A DNA stretch of 64,000 nt, from positions 1-64,000 of IMG/VR virus record IMGVR_UViG_3300037851_000141; one strand, written 5' to 3'. The stretch's first letter is position 1, and every line of letters starts with the position of its first letter. The notes beneath the pieces were generated by a model. It was not told where the DNA came from. It searched no databases and was given only the letters and a program-made list of their open reading frames with translations. Below, one piece after another: positions 1 to 8,621 of the stretch. The position numbers were made by a program, and so were the translations under genes. Source of the stretch: a virus (lineage: Duplodnaviria; Caudoviricetes).

Positions 1-255
1 CTATTACTACTGCTACTTGAGCTAGAATTAGATGATGATGAACTACTATTACTACTGCTACTTGAGCTAGAATTTGATGAAGATGAACTACTTATGGCAC
101 TTGAATTAGAACTTGAAGATGATGAACTACTATTACTACTGCTACTTGAGCTAGAATTAGATGATGATGAACTACTATTACTACTGCTACTTGAGCTAGA
201 ATTTGATGAAGATGAACTACTTATGGCACTTGAATTAGAACTTGAAGATGATGAA
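1..255. repeat. 129-bp tandem repeat built from 45+45+39-bp subunits, encoding poly-Ser/Asn
   Basis: Position 1 matches position 130; subunits start with gaactac at 40, 85, 124, 169 and 214. Confidence 0.9.
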
Positions 256-989
256 CCACCGCAACAGAAACAATATTGTAAATTATATAACTTATCTGCT
301 TCTGTTGGCAATTCGCTAAAATGAGCCATTGAAAAATAATCACCAGCCACAACTCTAGCACTACAATCTCCTGGTGTACCCTCACAATCACCAGCATCAC
401 AATCACATAAAGATGCCATTGCTGGCCATGATTCGGTAAACCCTATTCCGAAATCATTACAACTATATTCATTCCAACATGTAGTTAATTCACCTTCAAA
501 TGGTTCATCGTCTTCGCTATTATTCGCTACTACGGCAGCAACGCTTTCTATAGCATCTCTAACTCTATTAATAGTATCGGCTTGTATTAATGACGATTGA
601 ACAATTTCAGCTATTGATTTATTTACTTCACTAATAGCTTCGTCAAGTATTTTTAATGCGTTTTCTTTATGTGACCACTCTTCTCCTTCGCACGCAATTG
701 ATACTGTGTTTGTACCAGAATACGATCCAGATAATTTAGAATAATTTACATTTGTAGTTGTTGTTGGGCAGTCACCAGTATTTCCACTATATTTTTTATA
801 ACTTGTTGTTCCGGTTGATGTTGATTCAGTGTATGTTTTATATGTCCATTCGTCAGTATTAGAATCATAAGTTCCAGGTACAACTTGTTTTGGACACTTA
901 TCATTAATATCGGATTTTATATTTTCAAAAACAGATTTAACGTCTTCTAAATATCCAATTATTTCAGATACACTACATGTACACGGCAT
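1..989 (-). CDS. Cys-rich virion-associated protein with Ser-rich repeat tract (partial, runs off the window edge)
   Basis: Hand translation: ATG at 989 with AGGAGA RBS; MPCTCSVSEIIGYLEDVK...CDCDAGDCEG...CFCCGG then SSSSSSNSSAISSS...; no stop before position 1. Absent from the ORF track because it is truncated. Confidence 0.8.
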   Translation of the reverse strand, partial: MPCTCSVSEIIGYLEDVKSVFENIKSDINDKCPKQVVPGTYDSNTDEWTYKTYTESTSTGTTSYKKYSGNTGDCPTTTTNVNYSKLSGSYSGTNTVSIACEGEEWSHKENALKILDEAISEVNKSIAEIVQSSLIQADTINRVRDAIESVAAVVANNSEDDEPFEGELTTCWNEYSCNDFGIGFTESWPAMASLCDCDAGDCEGTPGDCSARVVAGDYFSMAHFSELPTEADKLYNLQYCFCCGGSSSSSSNSSAISSSSSSNSSSSSSSNSSSSSSNSSSSSSSNSSSSSSSSNSSAISSSSSSNSSSSSSSNSSSSSSNSSSSSSSN

Positions 990-1007
990 TAAATATGTCT
1001 CCTATAA

Positions 1008-2996
1008 TCAAGTATACGTACAACATACATTACCTCTTGTATATTTAAATGTTATTTTTCCATCTTGCATAATAGCATCGGAATCTATATTTATTATAGC
1101 GCAACCACTTCCTTCATTGGCTTTAAATTGAAATCCAACATATTCAGGCTTTATTTCTTTTTTACCACAAGAATTACCATCGGCCAAAGTTATTAATTTC
1201 ATGACATTAGCTTCAGTTGATGATGGGGCTGCCGGCGACGACGCTATAGAATCTACAAATTTAGGCATTTTATTATATGTCGCAATATGATCACAACCTT
1301 GTAAAGAAGTTGAAACATCAATTGCGATGGTGTCACCAGCACAAACTTCATTGTTTAATATAACTTGACTTATAAAAACTGGTATTTTTACTTTTGTTTT
1401 CTTGTATGTACAATCAGCATTATCGTATGTTATATCAGATACAACAGTTGCTCCAGTATCACTTCTTTGACACTCAATATTACCGTTAATAAAAACACTA
1501 GGATATTTAACATCAACATATGAACATGTTGGGTCGCCCTCTAATGTAACTGAACCACCACCACCGCCACCCGCAACAACAATTCCAACTTTTCCAGCAA
1601 TAAGATGTCGTTTCCTTCCATCTATACATTGATCAGGATTTTCGACCATAGGAACAACTTTACCTGATATATTAGAAACATTTACTATTACTTGTGGACA
1701 TACCGCAATTTCAGTTACAACATTAATAAGTTCAGCTAAACCGCCACCACAACCCGTTCCAGTTTCACCATCCCCATTAGTATCAAAACGTAGACTAGAT
1801 GTAGAGAATATTAAATTTTTACACCCCTTTGATGTCGTCTCTGTACCTATATTATTTACAGCTACAAATGTTCCACCTGGAGAACCACCACATAATGTTG
1901 AAACTCCAACTATACCACTATTATAAAGTAGCCCGCCTTTGTCAGTAGCTTCAAGAGTTAAACCGCAACCATATTCAAGAGTTTCAACACACTCTAAGCA
2001 TATGCCATCGTTTCCTTTAGGGCCAGTAGCACCTGTAGCACCTGTAGCGCCAGCAGGACCAGTAGCTCCCGTAGCACCAGTTGATCCTGGAGGACCGGCG
2101 GGACCAACGGGGCCAGCAGCACCAGTTGGACCAATAGGACCGGGAGGGCCAGGAGGACCGGGAGGGCCAGGAGGACCAGGAATGGTTACAAATCCTGGAT
2201 TACAAGCGAAACCAAAGGCATATGTAAATCCGCGTGTATCACGAATATTCAACATATATACGGTGTTGCTTGACATTCCAGATATTTGTATTGTATGATC
2301 GTCAATAACAGTAAACGTTATATCTCCACATACGCCATATCCAAGAAGACTATCGATAGCATATGTCTGAGAGCATTGATATGTGTCAAATAATAAACAT
2401 TCTGAACCACTTAATAAGATTTGTCCACATCCAGAACAATCAATTCCGACAGTTGTATAAGATTGATTAGAAACATAGCCTAATACGGTATCATCACATT
2501 TTACAGAAATAGATTCTTGACATGTAATTTTCGGATCATATAAGAATCCATAAGGCATCTTTTTACCAACAATTAGGTTAGAACAAAGTATATTTCCACC
2601 ACTCATAGCAGGAACAAATGATAATCCACCGGGAATTGAATCGCTTAAATAAAGATCGCCACCTAATTGACCTGGAATAACTGTAGGATCTGGAGAGTCA
2701 ACTTCAACTAAACCATCACCATCAACAGTAAAATATTCTTTAGTTAATGGGAATCTATACATCATTGGGCCGGGTGTCTGTTTGAGGAAGAAATTATGTT
2801 CACCCTCAAACGACCAAACAACACCAGCAACGTTATTTTTTCCAGGTGCAGCAAGAGCTAACTGATATTTTCCATTGCAATCAAGATATACAAGTTTACC
2901 AATAGCTAACTCTGTAGAACAATTTAACTGATAAATCAATTTAGGATCAGTATGAACGTGACCTGTTGTAGCATCTCTTCTTCTGGTAATTGTCAT
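1008..2996 (-). CDS. Collagen-like, Cys-rich fibre protein (head or tail fibre)
   Basis: 19 Gly-X-Y triplets; N-terminal region resembles cement/decoration-type domains (LVYLD...YQLA...GVV...LYLSD..PG); 28 Cys. Start moved from 3029 to 2996 because of an AAGGA RBS and because the late promoter abuts 3029. Confidence 0.75.
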   Translation of the reverse strand: MTITRRRDATTGHVHTDPKLIYQLNCSTELAIGKLVYLDCNGKYQLALAAPGKNNVAGVVWSFEGEHNFFLKQTPGPMMYRFPLTKEYFTVDGDGLVEVDSPDPTVIPGQLGGDLYLSDSIPGGLSFVPAMSGGNILCSNLIVGKKMPYGFLYDPKITCQESISVKCDDTVLGYVSNQSYTTVGIDCSGCGQILLSGSECLLFDTYQCSQTYAIDSLLGYGVCGDITFTVIDDHTIQISGMSSNTVYMLNIRDTRGFTYAFGFACNPGFVTIPGPPGPPGPPGPPGPIGPTGAAGPVGPAGPPGSTGATGATGPAGATGATGATGPKGNDGICLECVETLEYGCGLTLEATDKGGLLYNSGIVGVSTLCGGSPGGTFVAVNNIGTETTSKGCKNLIFSTSSLRFDTNGDGETGTGCGGGLAELINVVTEIAVCPQVIVNVSNISGKVVPMVENPDQCIDGRKRHLIAGKVGIVVAGGGGGGSVTLEGDPTCSYVDVKYPSVFINGNIECQRSDTGATVVSDITYDNADCTYKKTKVKIPVFISQVILNNEVCAGDTIAIDVSTSLQGCDHIATYNKMPKFVDSIASSPAAPSSTEANVMKLITLADGNSCGKKEIKPEYVGFQFKANEGSGCAIINIDSDAIMQDGKITFKYTRGNVCCTYT
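2007..2177 (-). repeat. Collagen triple-helix repeat (Gly-X-Y)19
   Basis: [57 protein letters not shown]. Confidence 0.95.
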
Positions 2997-3029
2997 ATTT
3001 GGTCCTTTTATTATAACATGTCTCGTCAT

Positions 3030-3037
3030 TATTTATA
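3030..3037 (-). promoter_or_regulatory. T4-type late promoter TATAAATA
   Basis: Exact match to the T4 gp55 late-promoter consensus, upstream of the fibre gene. Confidence 0.75.
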
Positions 3038-3054
3038 TTTTTTTTTATGCGACT

Positions 3055-3063
3055 TGCTATAAT
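3055..3063 (+). promoter_or_regulatory. Extended -10 sigma70-type promoter (TGcTATAAT)
   Basis: TGn-TATAAT lies 27 nt upstream of the plus-strand cluster; no clear -35. Confidence 0.5.
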
Positions 3064-3090
3064 ATATATATACACTTAAAGGAACCTAAT

Positions 3091-3273
3091 ATGATTGATC
3101 TTATTTGCCCTAAATGTAAAACAATAATAACAGTAAGACACAATACTGGAAACATCTACTGTCCGAAATGTCTTGCTTCAGAGAGTTCCAATGTTATAAT
3201 GTATGAGAGCCAAGACACCAAGAAACCAAAGAACTTAGGTGGTGGCTTTTTTGAGAAACCCAAGGAGTCATAA
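3091..3273 (+). CDS. Small zinc-ribbon protein
   Basis: Two CPKC motifs; AAGGA RBS. Confidence 0.7.
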   Translation: MIDLICPKCKTIITVRHNTGNIYCPKCLASESSNVIMYESQDTKKPKNLGGGFFEKPKES

Positions 3274-3848
3274 TGTCATTTATAATAGGTTTAGCTGGTC
3301 CTGCTGGTGTTGGAAAGACGACAACAGCAAAGGGAATCGCCTACAATCTTATTTCAATTGACAAGAAATTAGATATACAGTGTGATGCTTTTGCCACTCC
3401 ACTTTATCATATTTGTTCTTATTTGACTGGAGTGCCTGTAGAGACGTTAGCATCGCAGGAATATAAGAATGTTGAGTGGACAGTAGAAACAGCGCCATTA
3501 CCTTGTTTGGTTGGCTGGACTCCGAGAAAGTTCATACAAAAGACTGGAACTGAGTGTTTTAGACATGTAATTAGTATGGATTTTTGGGTTCAAGTTTCAC
3601 GTAAGTTATTATCAAAACACGACATAGTTATAATGGCTGATGCTCGGTTTGACAATGAATATTTAGCTTGCGATTATGTTATTGAGTTAAGTAGACCTGG
3701 GGTTGATTATGCTGGGAATCATGCTTCAGCGATGCCACCAGATAAGAAATATATAAACTGTAAGATACAACTTTATCCTGAGCTTTCATTTATGTCACTT
3801 GCTCAGATAATTATGTCGTTATATAACAAGAAAAAGGAGGCTAAATGA
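3273..3848 (+). CDS. Deoxynucleoside monophosphate kinase (T4 gp1-like)
   Basis: IIGLAGPAGVGKTT P-loop, AFATPL, TPRKFIQKTGTE, DFWV and ADARFDNE motifs. Confidence 0.9.
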   Translation: MSFIIGLAGPAGVGKTTTAKGIAYNLISIDKKLDIQCDAFATPLYHICSYLTGVPVETLASQEYKNVEWTVETAPLPCLVGWTPRKFIQKTGTECFRHVISMDFWVQVSRKLLSKHDIVIMADARFDNEYLACDYVIELSRPGVDYAGNHASAMPPDKKYINCKIQLYPELSFMSLAQIIMSLYNKKKEAK

Positions 3849-4087
3849 GTTGGACCGATACCGTATTCAGACCAAAGATTCGTTGTAAAGCATGTGGAGA
3901 TATAATTATTCCTGGCGATGATCCTAAAGAATGGACTATGTGCCTATGTGAAAAAGTTGGTGTTATGGGCAAAGGTAGAGCATATTCTGTTAAAGGTAAG
4001 GATTATGATGATTTAAGTTATATTGATTTTGATAAAGTGCCGGAACATAAAGGTTGGGACGACAAAAACAAAGAAAAAGGAAACTAA
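3845..4087 (+). CDS. Small Cys-motif (Zn-binding) phage protein
   Basis: IRCKACGDII and CLC motifs; ATGA overlap with the kinase gene. Confidence 0.7.
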   Translation: MSWTDTVFRPKIRCKACGDIIIPGDDPKEWTMCLCEKVGVMGKGRAYSVKGKDYDDLSYIDFDKVPEHKGWDDKNKEKGN

Positions 4088-4705
4088 ATGTCACAAGTAG
4101 AACTACCAACAACATCTTTACCACAATTTGAGAAGTTTGAGTATCGTATCTATTTGACTGGTAATGTGACGATGCGTAAGTGTACAGAGTTGGTTGATAC
4201 TATGTATGATATGGATGACGTTAACCATCAAACACCAGAACCAAAACCAATCAGACTTGTGCTGAATACTCCTGGTGGGGATATGATGGCTGCTCAAATG
4301 GTGTGTGATGTTATTGATGAGATTCAAACTCCAGTATTCGCATCTGGTTATGGTATGGTTGGAAGTGCTGGATTATATATTTTTATGGCTTGCGAAAAAG
4401 GGTATAGAAGTTGCGCCAAGTACACTCGTTTCTTATCTCATCGGTTTTCTACAACAATGATGGGTGAACATAGTGAGTTAAAGGCATTACAAAAAGATAA
4501 TGATAAGATGTTTGAGAATATGGTTGAGCATTATATACTTTGTACTGGTTTAAGCAGAAAAAAGGTTGAATCTATATTGCTGCCAGAAAACAAGAATATA
4601 TGGATGTCTGCTGAAGAATGTATCAAGTTTGGAATAGTCGATCAAATAACAGGAAACAGATATGTCAAACGAAACAAGAGAAGTCCTAAACCCAATAAAG
4701 AATGA
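4088..4705 (+). CDS. clpP: ClpP-like serine protease subunit
   Basis: LNTPGG, GMVGSAG (nucleophile Ser), FLSH (His) and WMSAEECIKFGIVDQI motifs. Confidence 0.9.
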   Translation: MSQVELPTTSLPQFEKFEYRIYLTGNVTMRKCTELVDTMYDMDDVNHQTPEPKPIRLVLNTPGGDMMAAQMVCDVIDEIQTPVFASGYGMVGSAGLYIFMACEKGYRSCAKYTRFLSHRFSTTMMGEHSELKALQKDNDKMFENMVEHYILCTGLSRKKVESILLPENKNIWMSAEECIKFGIVDQITGNRYVKRNKRSPKPNKE

Positions 4706-5360
4706 TTTAGTAAGTAATCTCCAGAAAACTGAAATACTTACTCAACAAGATTGGTCGCATTTAGAATCAGCAAAATCTTTCATTGTTGATAATTTTGCTA
4801 AGGTTCCAATGTATCGACCTTTGCCAGTGAAATTGTTTGGTGTATTGAATGATAAGGATTTTCCAACATCTGAATCTAAATTTTGGCAATGTAAAGTTGA
4901 AGCTGAAGTCCACGCAGAACAATTGATGAACGATATACACGATCTTGAATCAATAAAAATAGCTATCGAAAAAGCTGATTATATTCTCCAAAAAATGTTA
5001 TATAAGCAATCTACATCTGAATCTCCAACTGAGAAAATGGAAATTGATTTTGATATAAGAGAACATAAAGTAAATATTTCTCGTCTTCAATTCAAGTTTA
5101 TGAAATTACAAAAGCAAATAAAGTATCGTATTGAAGAGATTTATGAATGGAAGAAAATAACCGAAGCTTTAGTAAATACAAGTCAAAAAATAGATACTGA
5201 TGATTTTGTTCAGCATTATGTAAATAAAATGAAGGTAAAAATGCTTGATGCGGCCAATACCGTAAAAGATAAGAATGCTGATGAATATGCCGAACTTACT
5301 AAACAAGCAAGCAACTTAGATAAAATAATACAGTCTATTAGGCCGAAACAAGTCCGCTGA
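4662..5360 (+). CDS. Hypothetical helical/coiled-coil protein
   Basis: 232-aa ORF closing the plus-strand cluster; no family recognised. Confidence 0.7.
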   Translation: MSNETREVLNPIKNDLVSNLQKTEILTQQDWSHLESAKSFIVDNFAKVPMYRPLPVKLFGVLNDKDFPTSESKFWQCKVEAEVHAEQLMNDIHDLESIKIAIEKADYILQKMLYKQSTSESPTEKMEIDFDIREHKVNISRLQFKFMKLQKQIKYRIEEIYEWKKITEALVNTSQKIDTDDFVQHYVNKMKVKMLDAANTVKDKNADEYAELTKQASNLDKIIQSIRPKQVR

Positions 5361-7173
5361 TTGTTATACGAACATTTCTGGCAGTTCCCAATATAAATTT
5401 GGTTGCGTTTATAGATTGTGGGAATACCTGTTGTGCTTGAATTTCTATATTATCATCTGTATCAAATATTGTATAGGTTATAGCTTGTGGTGAGATTAGG
5501 TTTAAGCTGTGTGTTATTGTATACTCATATCCACTGTACGTAACTGAATCTATTGTATATGATGTCGCAACCCAATCTGTAGATAATACAATTGTTGAAT
5601 ATCCAGTTGATGTACCCGATCCACCGCCACCACCAACAGTATGTACGATAGTGCCATCAAAATATTGTAAGTTTCCAGTAGGAGAAATCCAAAACGGGAA
5701 GCCGTAAGTTGTTGTATCATAACGAGTTAGATAGTTATCAATATCACTTTGAGTTGGTTTACCTAGCCTTAATTCATTTCTATGACCAATGCCGAACGCT
5801 ATATTTTCACCATTCCAAAATGATTTAACTGGTTTAACTATATAATTATTTGTACCGGATGTACCAGTAGTTCCAGTTGAAGATGTTGGAATTGACTGTA
5901 CATCTATATCAAATCGTTCATCAACACCACCGATAGCATTTACTTTAGCTGAATTTTCAATTAACATCCAATCGTTTAGTATAGTTGTTCCAGTAGAATC
6001 TTCATTTTGTGTATTATAGTTATTTCTGACTATTGATGGATTGAATATAGAAACTTTAGTATCCGCACTATCAGCATATAGAAGTTTAGTTACAACACCA
6101 GTTGATAAATTACCTGTCCAGAAGGCTTTTTCATCAAGAACTGGATCACAAATTATAACTTGTCCACGGAGAGCATGAATACAGGTTAATGCTGTTATTT
6201 GATTTGTTTGCGTATTATCTTCTGGATTTGGAAGTTGAGCATTAGCCATTGTTAACCCAGAAACAGTAAGAACAGATTTTGGGTTATGGTTCATATAAAC
6301 GAGTTGTATTTCATTAGTTGAAGGAGAAACGCCATTTATTGTACCAAGACGAAGACCATCAACCATGATATTACTTATTTCTGAAGTTATGACATCGTTT
6401 ATTTCAAGCAACCTATTATTATCGTTAGAGCCACCGGCAAAAGATACAGAGCAGTTGGATATACGGACACCTTGATGTTCTTTTATAGTTGCGCCGGATT
6501 GGGGAGCAGATTTTACTTTAATGAATGTTGTATATTTGCTATTATTGAACTCGAAACTTATATCTTGGAATGAAACACTAACTTTATTAATTGAGTTTTC
6601 TTTAATAAGGAATATATTTTTACGAGTTGAAGTCCCATCTGAATCTTGGACTCTGAAAATAGGATTGCCAACACCTATTATATTTAATCCATTAACATCT
6701 ATTTCAATTGTAGAACTTCCATCAAACTCATAGACCCCAACATCCTCAAGAGATTCGGCGGCAGTCGGGCGATGACAACCCATGACCATGATGTTTGTTG
6801 TATTAAATCCATTATGAAGTAAAGTTTTAGCATAATCAACAGCATCAGATAATCTATTATATATTTCACCATCAGATATCAATGAATCTGGAATAGTTGG
6901 ATCTACATAAATGAATCTGGAAGTATATTTTAGATATGCGAATTGATTTAAGTAAGTAAGAGCATCTTGAACGTTAGTAATACCAGTATAGAATGTACCA
7001 TCAGTATCTACGGTGATATTAGCGGCAATAAGACCATTTATTAGTTGAGTTAGAGTTACGCCATCTGGATTAGGTATATCTCTAAAAATAAGATTACCAT
7101 CAGCATCGGCAGTAAGAGCGCGAACTATTCTACCAATTTGATAAGCTGTAGATTGGAATGAATCAACTGGCAT
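5338..7173 (-). CDS. Putative tailspike/fibre with pectin-lyase-like beta-helix
   Basis: Fibre-type N-terminus (ANI...TNVQDAL..L), IYVDP..YNRLSDAV..LNIIG beta-helix cap, and I/V/N-rich strand repeats. Confidence 0.55.
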   Translation of the reverse strand: MPVDSFQSTAYQIGRIVRALTADADGNLIFRDIPNPDGVTLTQLINGLIAANITVDTDGTFYTGITNVQDALTYLNQFAYLKYTSRFIYVDPTIPDSLISDGEIYNRLSDAVDYAKTLLHNGFNTTNIMVMGCHRPTAAESLEDVGVYEFDGSSTIEIDVNGLNIIGVGNPIFRVQDSDGTSTRKNIFLIKENSINKVSVSFQDISFEFNNSKYTTFIKVKSAPQSGATIKEHQGVRISNCSVSFAGGSNDNNRLLEINDVITSEISNIMVDGLRLGTINGVSPSTNEIQLVYMNHNPKSVLTVSGLTMANAQLPNPEDNTQTNQITALTCIHALRGQVIICDPVLDEKAFWTGNLSTGVVTKLLYADSADTKVSIFNPSIVRNNYNTQNEDSTGTTILNDWMLIENSAKVNAIGGVDERFDIDVQSIPTSSTGTTGTSGTNNYIVKPVKSFWNGENIAFGIGHRNELRLGKPTQSDIDNYLTRYDTTTYGFPFWISPTGNLQYFDGTIVHTVGGGGGSGTSTGYSTIVLSTDWVATSYTIDSVTYSGYEYTITHSLNLISPQAITYTIFDTDDNIEIQAQQVFPQSINATKFILGTARNVRITISGLVSA

Positions 7174-7203
7174 TTTGTACCCTTATATATTTGATATCAT
7201 CCA

Positions 7204-7211
7204 TATTTATA
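7204..7211 (-). promoter_or_regulatory. T4-type late promoter TATAAATA
   Basis: Exact consensus 30 nt upstream of the ATG at 7173. Confidence 0.75.
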
Positions 7212-7230
7212 CATTTTATTTGATAAAGTT

Positions 7231-8613
7231 TCAAGCTTCACCTTCGAATATAGTTTTTGTCGCAATCCAATCAACTGAGCCGGTAAATTTCTTTTCAGCT
7301 TGTATAGTAAACCCTGTAGTCTTTTTATTACTCCAGAACACATTGATATTTTTATTACATGATAGGGAGATACTATAATCTGTACTTGAAAATGCTTTAG
7401 AGAATGATACTTTTATGAGGTCTTGATTTGCGAATGATACTTGTCCAGTTTTTCTACCTACTATATCTTTTGGAGTCGTATCGAAAATAACGCAATTGAT
7501 ATTAGAGTTGGTCATTGGTTCTGTACTTATCTTATTAGGAATACCAAAGATACGACGTTCTTTTGAATTATATTTTGGTAAAGTTGAATCTTCTAATATA
7601 GTTGTAAATCCGCCGCTAATAGTACCATCAACACATCCACTTATAATTGCTGTTTCTGGAGTTACTGAGCATACTTTATCAAATACATCGGCTGTCAAAT
7701 GATCATCAACATAAAATTGAACTTTGATTGTATGTGGCGGTTCTTCTTCTGAGTTTTCTTTTTGTTGAGTTGTTGGGCAATCACATGCAAGCTGTTCTAA
7801 AGTTGATTGATATGTTGAGAGAACTCCGTAATATTGAAGTGATGGCTGTTGTTCTACTGGTTCATTTACTTTATTCATTACTGCTATCTGGTCAAGAACT
7901 TCAGCAGTTGTTTCATCATAAAGACGCAATAATACTGGATTTTCTGCTTCAATGAGACGAACCGTAGCTTTAGCTGATAACATAACAACTTTATTTTCAT
8001 CAAGTGGCGGTACGAGTAATTGTAGATTAGGAACATCATGCCAACGAAGATTACCATCTGTATCGGTCTTATATGTACCACCAGTAAATGTAGAATCAGA
8101 TATATACTTGTCTATTGAGAATACTTTTGTACCTATGGCGTTTTCTGGATAAGTAGAATCAACTTTTTCATAAACTCTTGAGCCATCAGCATTTATAGCT
8201 AGAGCAGGATCACCATCAATATTAATCATTACATTTTCGCATTCAGCGTTTGTTATAGCAGTACGGCCAATCCAATATATTCCACCATTTGTTAATCTAT
8301 TTTTTGTATCAACATAGGCACTAACAAGTTCATGAAGACTATATGCTCTGGTTACTGTGCCATCCTTAAAATATAGTTTACCATCTTTTACATATACACC
8401 ATTTATTCTTGTCCATAGGTCTTGTAATGATACGGATTCAATCGCATTACCATCAATATCTGTCTGTTGTACTATCCAAGCATCCTTAAATCGTAAATTG
8501 CCTTCGCTGTCAAGAAATAGTACGTTATCAACCTGTTCTGACATTGTAGCATCAGTATTTGGGATACCTAAGCTTATACCCGATGCTAAGAATGGATCTG
8601 GAGTGGTAGCCAT
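7231..8613 (-). CDS. Tail fibre/baseplate-associated protein with C-terminal H-type-lectin-like beta module
   Basis: C-terminal KTGQVSF..IKVSF.K.F...DYSI.L...NINVFW..K...GFTI...G.VDWIA module, shared with three other ORFs here. Confidence 0.6.
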   Translation of the reverse strand: MATTPDPFLASGISLGIPNTDATMSEQVDNVLFLDSEGNLRFKDAWIVQQTDIDGNAIESVSLQDLWTRINGVYVKDGKLYFKDGTVTRAYSLHELVSAYVDTKNRLTNGGIYWIGRTAITNAECENVMINIDGDPALAINADGSRVYEKVDSTYPENAIGTKVFSIDKYISDSTFTGGTYKTDTDGNLRWHDVPNLQLLVPPLDENKVVMLSAKATVRLIEAENPVLLRLYDETTAEVLDQIAVMNKVNEPVEQQPSLQYYGVLSTYQSTLEQLACDCPTTQQKENSEEEPPHTIKVQFYVDDHLTADVFDKVCSVTPETAIISGCVDGTISGGFTTILEDSTLPKYNSKERRIFGIPNKISTEPMTNSNINCVIFDTTPKDIVGRKTGQVSFANQDLIKVSFSKAFSSTDYSISLSCNKNINVFWSNKKTTGFTIQAEKKFTGSVDWIATKTIFEGEA

Positions 8614-8621
8614 ATTATTCC

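Noticed and set aside
94-324. Plus-strand ORF with LELE/LLLL repeats
   Set aside because: It is the antisense read of the Ser-rich repeat; the real gene is on the minus strand with an RBS at 989.
1939-2298. Pro/Gly-rich plus-strand ORF
   Set aside because: It is the antisense shadow of the collagen repeat.
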